From positions 214,177 to 278,176 of the forward strand of contig CAZAXH010000002.1 of assembly GCA_964489065.1 (NCBI GenBank): 64,000 nt of DNA. Direction: 5' to 3'. Origin of the DNA: an uncultured Planctomycetales bacterium (GTDB lineage: Bacteria > Omnitrophota > Gorgyraeia > Zapsychrales > JANLHA01). Below, one piece after another: positions 29,693 through 38,717 of this stretch. Below the pieces are notes generated by a model. That model saw nothing but the letters and a program-made list of their open reading frames with translations. It ran no database searches and was not told the DNA's origin. A program made the translations under genes and the position numbers. Within the stretch, counting starts at the first letter, position 1; the number at the start of each line of letters is the position of its first letter.

Positions 29693-31390
29693 ATGGATCA
29701 TACAAAACTTCATAATCTGAAGGTTTTGGGGCTGATCTTTTTCTGCGGCGTTTCGTTTTTGGTGGACCTGTTATCCCCGTGGGCGGTTGTGAGTTGCGTT
29801 TACGCGAGCGTGATCTTTTTCGCCGTTCTGTTTCTCCCAAAAACATATCTTTTCCCCCTCACCGGGATCATCAGCGCGTTAATGGTTTCGGGGTTTCTGT
29901 TGCAGGACCATAGCGGGGCTTGGCTGTCCGGGGCCGCCAATCATCTTTTGGTTTTGGTGGTTCTCTGGCAACTGGCCTTGCTGGGCTGGCGGTATCGGAA
30001 CCCGGGTTTTTCTGAGGAAGACCTGTTTTCTCTGGCCGCCGAAGAAGCGGTCGCGGTGGTTTTTTGCAAGCCGAACAGTTTTATAGAAACATGTAATAAA
30101 GGATTTGAAAAATTAACCGGCTTCTCAGCGCCTGAACTGGCGGGCCGTTTTTTACATACGCTTCTGCCAGCCGGCGGCAAGGACCTTGTGCGGGATATCC
30201 TGCAAAGAATTCATGCCGGGGAAGATCATTTTCAGGGCGAAGGGGTTTTATTAAAGAAAAACCGGATTCCTTTGGAGGTGTCGTGGCTGGTTTCCGCCCG
30301 CCGGCGCGTCCCGGGTGCTCTGGTGAGCTTTGTTGTCTATTTCCGTGACGGCACCCGGGAGCAGGAGGAGAAGCGGGAATATGGGCGGGAGCGGGAGCGG
30401 CAGGCCACGGAGCGTCAGCGGTTTATGGATATCCTGGATTTCGAGGATAGGTTGCGGACCGTCAGCGATCCGCGGCTGTTGATCACCATGATTGTTTCGG
30501 AGGTGGCCCGGATACTGCAGGCCGAGAAATGTTCATTAATGTCCGTGGATCCGCTCTCTGGACAAATTAAGATAAAAGGGTATAAAGGTATAGATCAACG
30601 CATTGTTGAGGCGGTTTCCCTGATGAAAGGGGATCCGGTTGCGGGCTGGGTAGCGCAGGATCGGCAGGATATCCTGGTGCGGGACATTGAAACGGACGCG
30701 CGGATTGCCCGGGCCAACCGGCCCACCTATGTCACAAAATCATTCATGTCGGTCCCGGTGTATTATAAAGAAGAGATTGTCGGGGTCATCAACGTGGCGG
30801 ATCATGAAAGCGGCCGGGCTTTTGATGAATTTGATTTTAAAATATTATCACGGCTGGCCCAGCACTTGGGCGCTTTGCTCGGTCATGCCGAGCTCTTGCA
30901 GGAGATCGGCGAACTGAAAGGCGCGCCCCTGCGGATTGACATCGGGCATTATCGCGGTTTTAAGGAAGCGCTGTTGTACGAAAGCCTGCGAAGCCGTCGC
31001 TATAATACCCCGTTTTGTGTTTTTGTCATCCGTGTCAACCGCTATCCGGCCTATCGGGATGCTTACGGCACACATCAGGCGGGGATTCTGGCGAGGCAGG
31101 TGAAGGAATATTTGAAGCAAAATCTCAGGGATGTCGATTCCCTGTTTCCCCTGGCCCAGGATGAATTCGCCGTGATTTCTCCGCATTTAACGAAGGAAAC
31201 GGTTGAAACCGTCGTTTCCAGGATTCATCATGGCTCCTGGCAGATTCCCGCGCACCGGCCGATCACCCTGACTGTGGGCGTTTATTCCTCCCCCTCCAAA
31301 ACGCCGCCGGATGATATTTGGGAACGGTTTATGCGGGTGTTTGAAGAATCCGGGAATCAGGATGAAAATTCTGTCGTTTTCCTCCCATAA
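29693..31390 (+). CDS. membrane-anchored PAS-GAF protein with degenerate GGDEF domain
   Basis: 4 TM helices, PAS, GAF (SFMSVPVYYKEEIVGVINVADHE), C-terminal GGDEF-like fold with LAQDEF in place of GGDEF. Confidence 0.65.
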   Translation: MDHTKLHNLKVLGLIFFCGVSFLVDLLSPWAVVSCVYASVIFFAVLFLPKTYLFPLTGIISALMVSGFLLQDHSGAWLSGAANHLLVLVVLWQLALLGWRYRNPGFSEEDLFSLAAEEAVAVVFCKPNSFIETCNKGFEKLTGFSAPELAGRFLHTLLPAGGKDLVRDILQRIHAGEDHFQGEGVLLKKNRIPLEVSWLVSARRRVPGALVSFVVYFRDGTREQEEKREYGRERERQATERQRFMDILDFEDRLRTVSDPRLLITMIVSEVARILQAEKCSLMSVDPLSGQIKIKGYKGIDQRIVEAVSLMKGDPVAGWVAQDRQDILVRDIETDARIARANRPTYVTKSFMSVPVYYKEEIVGVINVADHESGRAFDEFDFKILSRLAQHLGALLGHAELLQEIGELKGAPLRIDIGHYRGFKEALLYESLRSRRYNTPFCVFVIRVNRYPAYRDAYGTHQAGILARQVKEYLKQNLRDVDSLFPLAQDEFAVISPHLTKETVETVVSRIHHGSWQIPAHRPITLTVGVYSSPSKTPPDDIWERFMRVFEESGNQDENSVVFLP

Positions 31391-31453
31391 GGATTTGTGA
31401 TAGAATAACCCATTATTACGAAAGTCTGCTTATTGTAAGGAGGGGAATTTCTA

Positions 31454-32479
31454 ATGAAAACAAGACGTCAAACCGGAATAGTATGCACCCTGGGTCCTGC
31501 CAGCCAGACCCGGGAGACGATTTTACGCATGGCTCAAAACGGCATGGATATCGCCCGCCTGAACTTTTCCCACGGCAAGCATGAAGAGCATGCCCGGCTG
31601 ATAGAATTGATCCGCGATATCAATCGGCGGGACGGTTTCCAGATCAAAATATTGCAGGATTTGGAGGGATACCGGATCCGGGTGGGTATCCTCCCGCAGC
31701 CCTTGGCCCTGGCCCGGGGCCAGAGCGTCTTTATGTCTCATGAGAGGGAACATCGGCCCGGCGATATTCCGCTTGACCTAGACGCCGATCTGCGGATTTT
31801 TAAGCCTGGGATGGACGTTTTCATCGATGACGGGCTGATTTGCCTGAAGGTAGTCCGGTGCGCGAAAAATCGTCTTGAGCTTTGTGTGGAACACGGAGGG
31901 GACCTCAAGTCTCGCAAAGGGATTAATATCCCAGACTTAAAGCTGCAAGCGGATATCCTGACCCCCAAGGATCAAAAGGACCTGGCGTTCGGCCTTCAGC
32001 ATCAGGTTGACTGTGTCGCGCAGTCTTTTGTGCGCAACCGCGCGGATATCATAAGGGTGCGCCGTCTCGTGCAGACAACGCTTCCGCATTGTAAAATTTA
32101 TGCCAAAATAGAGAACCGGGAAGGCGTGCGTAACGTGGATTCCATTATGGAGGCCTGTGACGGCATTATGGTGGCCCGGGGGGACCTGGGGGTTTCTCTC
32201 CCGATATTTAAAATTCCTATTATCCAAAAAAGTATTATCCGCCGCTGCAACAGGAGAAAGCGCTACTCGATCACGGCCACCCAGATGCTCGAGAGCATGA
32301 CGGAAAATAAACGGCCGACGCGGGCCGAGGTCAGCGACGTGGCCAACGCGATCCTTGACGGGACGGACTTTGTGATGTTGTCGGCCGAAACCGCCGCGGG
32401 ACGGTTTCCCGTGGAGAGCGTTTCCATGATGCGGCAGATTGTGGAGTATACCGAGGGCTCCATGCGCCTGCGCGAATGA
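31454..32479 (+). CDS. pyruvate kinase family protein lacking the C-terminal regulatory domain
   Basis: TGIVCTLGPAS...ARLNFSHG..EEH, MVARGDLG, SAETAAG motifs; only 341 aa versus ~470 for canonical PK. Confidence 0.7.
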   Translation: MKTRRQTGIVCTLGPASQTRETILRMAQNGMDIARLNFSHGKHEEHARLIELIRDINRRDGFQIKILQDLEGYRIRVGILPQPLALARGQSVFMSHEREHRPGDIPLDLDADLRIFKPGMDVFIDDGLICLKVVRCAKNRLELCVEHGGDLKSRKGINIPDLKLQADILTPKDQKDLAFGLQHQVDCVAQSFVRNRADIIRVRRLVQTTLPHCKIYAKIENREGVRNVDSIMEACDGIMVARGDLGVSLPIFKIPIIQKSIIRRCNRRKRYSITATQMLESMTENKRPTRAEVSDVANAILDGTDFVMLSAETAAGRFPVESVSMMRQIVEYTEGSMRLRE

Positions 32480-32529
32480 GCGCGTTTTAAACGTGAGGCG
32501 CTGTTCAATAAAGAAAGGATATTCTATCT

Positions 32530-34959
32530 GTGAACCGCTACGTGTGTATTCACGGTCATTTTTACCAGCCGCCGAGGGAGAACCCCTGGCTGGAAGAAGT
32601 TGAGATGCAGGAGTCGGCCTATCCGTTTCACGACTGGAACCAGAGGATAACGGCGGAATGTTACGCCACCAACACGGCGTCACGTATTCTTGATCAGGAT
32701 AAAAAGATTATTGATATTGTCAATAATTACGCCCGGATTAGTTTTAATTTCGGGCCCACGCTTTTGTCTTGGATGCAGCGCAAGGAGCCGGAAACTCACG
32801 CTGCGATTGTGCAGGCCGACATTGAAAGCCGCGGCCGTTTTTCCGGCCACGGGTCAGCCTTGGCGCAATGTTATAACCATATGATTATGCCTTTGGCCAA
32901 CGCCCGGGACAAATTGACTCAGGTCTTGTGGGGGATTCGGGATTTCGAATACCGGTTCGGCCGTAAACCAGAAGGCATGTGGCTGCCGGAGACGGCGGTG
33001 AATCTTGAAACCCTCGATTTGCTTGTCCAGCACGGGATCACGTTCACGATCTTGTCGCCCCGCCAGGCCAAGTGCGTGAAAGTCAAGGGGGATAAAAAAT
33101 GGACGGATGTCAGTGACAGCAAGATTAATCCCAGGAAGCCTTATGTATGCCGGTTGCCGTCAGGAAAAACCATTGTTTTGTTTTTTTATGACGGGCCGGT
33201 TTCGCACGGCATCGCGTTTGAGCGTTTGCTGGAAAGCGGGGAAACCCTGGCGAAAAGGCTGGTGGGGGCGTTTTCGCCCCACGACGAAGTTCAATTGGTT
33301 CATATCGCTACGGACGGGGAAACGTACGGCCATCATCATAACCTGGGGGACATGGCGCTGGCCTACGGGATTAATTACATCCGGGCGAACGACCTGGCGG
33401 AATTCACGAATTACGGGGAGTTCCTGGAAAAGCACCCGGCGGAAGACGAAGTTGAGATCCATGAAAATTCTTCCTGGAGCTGTATCCACGGAGTTGAACG
33501 GTGGCGGACGAATTGCGGTTGTCATTCCGGCATGCACGGCGGGTGGACGCAAGCCTGGCGTCAGCCGCTGCGCGAGGCGCTGGACTGGTTACGCGATCAG
33601 TTGACCCTTCTTTACGAAGCCGAAACCCAAGGGCTGATAGAAGACCCGTGGCAGGCGCGGAACGATTATATCCACGTTGTCCTGGACCGCTCTTTGGAAA
33701 GCGTCGAGGCCTTCTTGGGGCGCCATGCTCTTAAGGATCTGACCCGGCAGGAAAAAATTAAATTGCTTAAACTCATGGAAATCCAGCGGCACGCCATGTT
33801 GATGTATACCAGCTGCGGATGGTTTTTTGACGAGGTGTCGGGTATCGAAACGGTGCAGATTATGCAGTATGCCGCCCGGGCCATCCAGTTGGCGAAGGAC
33901 ATCAGTCCCGAGGACCTGGAACCACCCTTTCTTAATCGTCTCAAGAAAGCCCCGAGCAATATCGCCAAGTTTAAGAACGGGGCAAATGTTTATGAGCAGC
34001 TTGTCAGGCCGAGGGTCCTGGATTTGGTCCGCGTTGCCGCCCATTATGCGGTGTCTTCGTTATTTGAGGAATATTCTCAAACAACGACTATCCATAGTTA
34101 TACGGCGATCGACCAGTTGTACGACCGTCTGGAGGTCGGAAAGTTTAAGCTGGCCGTCGGGAAAGCGTTGATCCGTTCGGATATTACGTGGGAAGAACAG
34201 GTGATCACCTTCGCGGTCCTGCACCTGGGCGACCATAATATTATCGGCGGGGTCCGAGTCTTTACTGATGAAAAGATTTTTGTGAAGATGCAGCATGATA
34301 TTAAGGAGTCTTTCCGCCGGGGGGATATTACGGGAACGATTAACTTGATTGAACAAAATTTTGATGGCGGTAATTATTCCCTCTGGCATTTGTTTAAGGA
34401 TGAGCAGACCGAGATTTTGTACCAGATCCTGCATACCACTCTCGAAGAGATCGAGGTGTCCCTTCGTCAGATCAATGAACACCATTATCCGATCATTCAG
34501 GTGATCAAACAGCTCCATATCCCGCTTCCCAAGGTGCTGGCCAACACGGTGCTGGTTATGTTGAATACCGACCTGTTGCATGTCATCGGTGATGACGAAC
34601 CCGATTTCAAGAAACTGGAACAGCTGGTTTCAGAAGTGCTTGAATGGTCTTTTGAAATTGACCGCGTGGCCCTTGAATTTATGCTTCGTAAGAAAATGAA
34701 CGGCCTGATGGAAGAATTCAATCAGAATTCTTCCGAAATCAACCCTCTTCTCATGACGGAAGCGTTCTTGCGCATTTGCAGCCCGCTGCATTTAAACCTG
34801 GATTTATGGCGCGCGCAGAATATTTATTTCTCCATCGGGAAAGACCGGTATTGTAACATGAAAAACCGGGCGGAACTCGGGGATGAGAACGCGAAAAGAT
34901 GGGTGGAATATTTTGATAAACTAGGCCATTATTTGAAGGTCCGCGTTCCCCTGTCCTAG
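32530..34959 (+). CDS. glycoside hydrolase family 57 protein (GH57 alpha-glucan enzyme with DUF3536-like C-terminal region)
   Basis: IHGHFYQPPRENPW GH57 signature at N-terminus; ~809 aa; GTG start. Confidence 0.8.
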   Translation: MNRYVCIHGHFYQPPRENPWLEEVEMQESAYPFHDWNQRITAECYATNTASRILDQDKKIIDIVNNYARISFNFGPTLLSWMQRKEPETHAAIVQADIESRGRFSGHGSALAQCYNHMIMPLANARDKLTQVLWGIRDFEYRFGRKPEGMWLPETAVNLETLDLLVQHGITFTILSPRQAKCVKVKGDKKWTDVSDSKINPRKPYVCRLPSGKTIVLFFYDGPVSHGIAFERLLESGETLAKRLVGAFSPHDEVQLVHIATDGETYGHHHNLGDMALAYGINYIRANDLAEFTNYGEFLEKHPAEDEVEIHENSSWSCIHGVERWRTNCGCHSGMHGGWTQAWRQPLREALDWLRDQLTLLYEAETQGLIEDPWQARNDYIHVVLDRSLESVEAFLGRHALKDLTRQEKIKLLKLMEIQRHAMLMYTSCGWFFDEVSGIETVQIMQYAARAIQLAKDISPEDLEPPFLNRLKKAPSNIAKFKNGANVYEQLVRPRVLDLVRVAAHYAVSSLFEEYSQTTTIHSYTAIDQLYDRLEVGKFKLAVGKALIRSDITWEEQVITFAVLHLGDHNIIGGVRVFTDEKIFVKMQHDIKESFRRGDITGTINLIEQNFDGGNYSLWHLFKDEQTEILYQILHTTLEEIEVSLRQINEHHYPIIQVIKQLHIPLPKVLANTVLVMLNTDLLHVIGDDEPDFKKLEQLVSEVLEWSFEIDRVALEFMLRKKMNGLMEEFNQNSSEINPLLMTEAFLRICSPLHLNLDLWRAQNIYFSIGKDRYCNMKNRAELGDENAKRWVEYFDKLGHYLKVRVPLS

Positions 34960-34972
34960 AAAGGGAGTCTCC

Positions 34973-37273
34973 ATGATTCCAGATGAGTCTCGGCCTTGGG
35001 CCAGGCATAGCGGGCGGCTTGGGAGGCGTCCTGAGTTTTTGGCCTTGGCGCTCGGCGTGACGGCTATGATGAGCCAGTTGCTTCTTCTGCGGGAGGCGAT
35101 GGCGGTGTTTTACGGCAATGAGATGATCTATGCCGTTATCCTGGGATGCTGGCTGATGGGGGTGGGCCTGGGCAGTTTATCCTTAAGCCGCTGGCGCCGT
35201 GCGGAAAAGGGCCTCCGGCCTGTCCTGGTGGTGCTGCTCATGGGAGCCGGGGCCGGCCTCCCGTCGGTTATTATTGTCCTGCGCGTCATCCGCCATGTGT
35301 TGCATATCCCTGTCGGTGAGATTGTGAATATCCCCACGGTCATGATGATTACCGCGGGGGCGGTTATGCCGTTAGCGTTTATGTTGGGGGGCATTTATGC
35401 TGTTATTTGCCGGTTCAGGGAGGAGGGATCTTCCTTTGGCCCGGGGTCCCCACAGCCAATCAACCGGATTTATTTATTCGAAGCGGCCGGATCGGCTCTC
35501 GGAGGGCTTGTCTTCAGCTTATGGCTGGTCCGGACCTTGCCGGCTCTTACGATCGCGGCCCTTTTAGCACTGCTGCAGGCTGTTCTGGCTCTGTGTGTGC
35601 TAACCCGCCGACTTCGTTTGTTCCCTTTTTTCTTGTTGCTGGCGCTTGCGGCGGGAATCCTGACCGGAGGCGTTCAAAAGCTCGATGACTGGTCCCGCAA
35701 CCGGCAGTGGAAGGGCTTTAGGGTTTTAAGTGTTTCGGATTCTGTGTACGGGAATTTAACCCTTATCCAAAGGGGGCAGGAACACACGTTATTTGAAAAC
35801 GGCGTGTTGTCGTTTTCCACGAAGGCCGCCTACAGCAGCGAGGAAACCGTGCATTTGCCTTTGTTATCCCACCCGGCCCCGCGGGATGTCCTGCTAATCG
35901 GCAGCGCTTTGGACGGCAGTTTAACGGAAGTGTTAAAACATCCTGTCCTGACGGTGACCCATGTGGACTTGGATCCGTGGAGCCTGCGTATTGCTGAAGA
36001 GCATCTGCCGGGAGAGGTGTTGGCGCCGTTAAGGGACTCCCGTGTTCATTCGGTTTTTGGCGACGCGCGGCTTGGGATGAAAAGGAGCCGACAGACCTAT
36101 GATGTGATTTTATTAAATGTCGCTGATCCGCTGAACGCCAGGCTGAACCGTTACTATACGAGAGAGTTTTTCCAGGAAGCGGCCAGCCGCCTAAATGCGG
36201 GAGGCATTCTTTCGTTAAAGGTGTCCTCTTCTGAAAATTATCTTAACGCGGAGGCCCGCGCGTTTTTGCGTTCGATCTACTCTACTTTGCGGGCGGTGTT
36301 CCCGGATGTCCTGTCTATCCCCGGAGACACGAATATTTTTCTGGCGTCGCCTCACGGCGGCATCCTGACGAATGACCCCCGGGTCCTTTTGGCAAGGCTG
36401 AAGGAACGCAAGGTTGTCACGGAATATATCCGGGAATATTATTTGCCGTATAAAATGAGCCCGGACCGGATGCGTTATATTAAGGATATTCTTCGGACCC
36501 GGGGCGCTATCAATACAGATGCCCACCCGATCGCGTACTTCTTTGACATTGTCCTCTGGTCGTCTCATTTCCCCGGATTTTCTCCGTCTGTTTTTAATAT
36601 CCTACAGAAGATCCCGGCGTGGGCATTTCTTCTGATTCCCGTATTTTTATGGGGCGGGGGGCGCCTCGCGGCCCGGACGTCGGCCGCGGCTCCGCTGCAG
36701 CTGTCCATCTGGGTCACGGGGATATCTGAAATCGTGTTTCAGATCATTGTGATCCTGGCTTTTCAGTCGCTCTATGGCTACGCGTATTTTCAGATCGGCT
36801 TTATCATGACCGCCTTTATGCTGGGGCTGGTAGCCGGGAGCCTGGCCGCGGCGAGAAATGTGACCCGTCCGGTCCCGAGTCAAGTCAGGGTTTATCAGCG
36901 TGTCCAGGCAGCGATCTCTTTTTATCCTTTGCTTTTGCCGGCCGTTTTCTTCGTTTTTCAAAAATATTGGGTGCCGGTTCATCATGGGGGAGTTTTTGCG
37001 GTAACATTTTCTCTCCTGCCGGTTATCGCGGGGTTTTACGGCGGGATACAGTATCCGCTGGCGGTTTCCCTCGTGCAGGAGCTTTCAGGAACGTCTCCGG
37101 ATGTGGCCTCGGAAGCGGGCTTTCTTTATGCGTTGGATGTGATGGGTGCGGCCCTGGGGGCGTGGATCACGGGCGCTGTGTTAATTCCCTTGTATGGGAT
37201 TATGCCGATCGCGGTTCTCCTCGCCATGATGAATACCGCGGTGTGGCTCTTGATCAGGACCCTGCGGGTTTAA
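34973..37273 (+). CDS. spermidine-synthase-like (PABS) domain fused to polytopic membrane domains
   Basis: ~7 TM helices, then DVLLIGSALDGSLTEVLKH...VFGDARLGM...YDVILLNVADP aminopropyltransferase motifs, then additional TM helices. Confidence 0.7.
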   Translation: MIPDESRPWARHSGRLGRRPEFLALALGVTAMMSQLLLLREAMAVFYGNEMIYAVILGCWLMGVGLGSLSLSRWRRAEKGLRPVLVVLLMGAGAGLPSVIIVLRVIRHVLHIPVGEIVNIPTVMMITAGAVMPLAFMLGGIYAVICRFREEGSSFGPGSPQPINRIYLFEAAGSALGGLVFSLWLVRTLPALTIAALLALLQAVLALCVLTRRLRLFPFFLLLALAAGILTGGVQKLDDWSRNRQWKGFRVLSVSDSVYGNLTLIQRGQEHTLFENGVLSFSTKAAYSSEETVHLPLLSHPAPRDVLLIGSALDGSLTEVLKHPVLTVTHVDLDPWSLRIAEEHLPGEVLAPLRDSRVHSVFGDARLGMKRSRQTYDVILLNVADPLNARLNRYYTREFFQEAASRLNAGGILSLKVSSSENYLNAEARAFLRSIYSTLRAVFPDVLSIPGDTNIFLASPHGGILTNDPRVLLARLKERKVVTEYIREYYLPYKMSPDRMRYIKDILRTRGAINTDAHPIAYFFDIVLWSSHFPGFSPSVFNILQKIPAWAFLLIPVFLWGGGRLAARTSAAAPLQLSIWVTGISEIVFQIIVILAFQSLYGYAYFQIGFIMTAFMLGLVAGSLAAARNVTRPVPSQVRVYQRVQAAISFYPLLLPAVFFVFQKYWVPVHHGGVFAVTFSLLPVIAGFYGGIQYPLAVSLVQELSGTSPDVASEAGFLYALDVMGAALGAWITGAVLIPLYGIMPIAVLLAMMNTAVWLLIRTLRV

Positions 37274-37501
37274 GGCGGTTTTTATCCCTTCGGGACTCCT
37301 TTCAAAGTGTCATCCGGCCAGGTCCCGGCCTGTGCGGTAATGCCGGGCTTCTTTCAGGCGAGGCGGGGTGGTCCTCGTCGCGGCGGACACGTTCCGTAGG
37401 CCGCGGCCGGAACATAATCCCATAAGTAGGGCTCCCAGCCATTTTAAAAATGTTTTTCGGTCCATGGTTTTGGGCTCCATCGTATTCCTTTCGCGCGGTT
37501 T

Positions 37502-38479
37502 TTATTGCCAGATTCCCGGGATGGGGGTTTGGCAGTATTCGCATTTTCCGTCCACAATATGGTTGCTTAAAATGGTATATCCGATCCGTTTGATCAGCGG
37601 CTTATTGTCGTGGGGACAATGGGTGTTGTTGCCCGGATGCCGCGGTACATTCCCGACGTAAGCGTATTGGAGTCCTTCTTCCTTGGCGATATCCCAGGCC
37701 ATTGTTAAGGTCTCGACCGGGGTGGGGGGGAGGTTCGTGAGTTTGTGCATGGGCACAAACCGGGAGAAATGGACGGGAGTGTCTTTCCCGGGGTTCCGGG
37801 CCACCCACCGGCACAGGTCGCGGATATCTTTGGGTTTATCATTCCAGGTCGGCACGATGAGATTCGTCAATTCCACGAACACGTTGTTCTGCTTCATGAT
37901 CATAATGGCATCCAGAACCGGCTGTAGGGTCGCTTCGGACATGTCGCGGTAAAATTCCTCGGTGATGCCTTTTAAATCCACGTTGGCAGCGTCAATATGG
38001 GGGCATAATTCCAGGAGCGGTTTTTTTTCAATATATCCGGCGGTGACCATGATATTCAGCAGGCGCTGCGTGTGCGCGATCCGGGAGGTGTCGAGGCAAT
38101 ATTCATAAAAAATAATGGGATCGGAATATGTGTAAGAAATGCTTTGGCAGCGGGCACGCAACGCCTCGCGGACAACGCTTTGAGGAGGAAGGTCATAATT
38201 TTCTGTTTTTTCCGGAGGCACCTGGGAGATGGCCCAGTTTTGACAGTATTTGCAATGCAGGTTGCAGCCGGCCGTGGCGATGGAGAACGAGGTGGACGCC
38301 GGCAGGACATGGAATAACGGTTTCTTTTCGATGGGGTCGACATGCACAGCGCAGGGATTCCCGTAGACAAGGGAATAAAGTTTCCCTTGAACATTGACTC
38401 TGACCCGGCAGTTACCCCGTTGGCCTTCTTTTAACCGGCAGTGCCTGGGGCATAATTCGCATTCCACAAAATGGGACAT
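37502..38479 (-). CDS. radical SAM enzyme, AmmeMemoRadiSam-system type (PflA-like activase fold)
   Basis: CNLHCKYCQNW CxxxCxxCQN cluster motif typical of the AmmeMemoRadiSam radical SAM family; 325 aa. Confidence 0.75.
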   Translation of the reverse strand: MSHFVECELCPRHCRLKEGQRGNCRVRVNVQGKLYSLVYGNPCAVHVDPIEKKPLFHVLPASTSFSIATAGCNLHCKYCQNWAISQVPPEKTENYDLPPQSVVREALRARCQSISYTYSDPIIFYEYCLDTSRIAHTQRLLNIMVTAGYIEKKPLLELCPHIDAANVDLKGITEEFYRDMSEATLQPVLDAIMIMKQNNVFVELTNLIVPTWNDKPKDIRDLCRWVARNPGKDTPVHFSRFVPMHKLTNLPPTPVETLTMAWDIAKEEGLQYAYVGNVPRHPGNNTHCPHDNKPLIKRIGYTILSNHIVDGKCEYCQTPIPGIWQ

Positions 38480-38492
38480 AATCGCCTTTTGG

Positions 38493-38717
38493 TTATTCGA
38501 CAGTTTTCCAGTACAGGGCCTTGTGCAGTTTGAGACCCGATGTTTCCATGTCTTGCAGGCTGGGGTCTTCTGTCTTCTCCAGGACCGGCGCCGCGCTTGG
38601 GGGCATTCCGGCCGAGGGGAGGTTTTTCAGGTTGTTAGAAACAATCCCCAGAAGCAGGGCGCTGCTTAAGACATAAATGACTAAAAACAGGATATTATTT
38701 ATTTTTTTTCCATTCAT
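38493..38717 (-). CDS. small membrane protein (single TM)
   Basis: 74 aa, hydrophobic N-terminal helix; 14 nt upstream of the radical SAM gene; 23-nt overlap with the upstream gene. Confidence 0.35.
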   Translation of the reverse strand: MNGKKINNILFLVIYVLSSALLLGIVSNNLKNLPSAGMPPSAAPVLEKTEDPSLQDMETSGLKLHKALYWKTVE

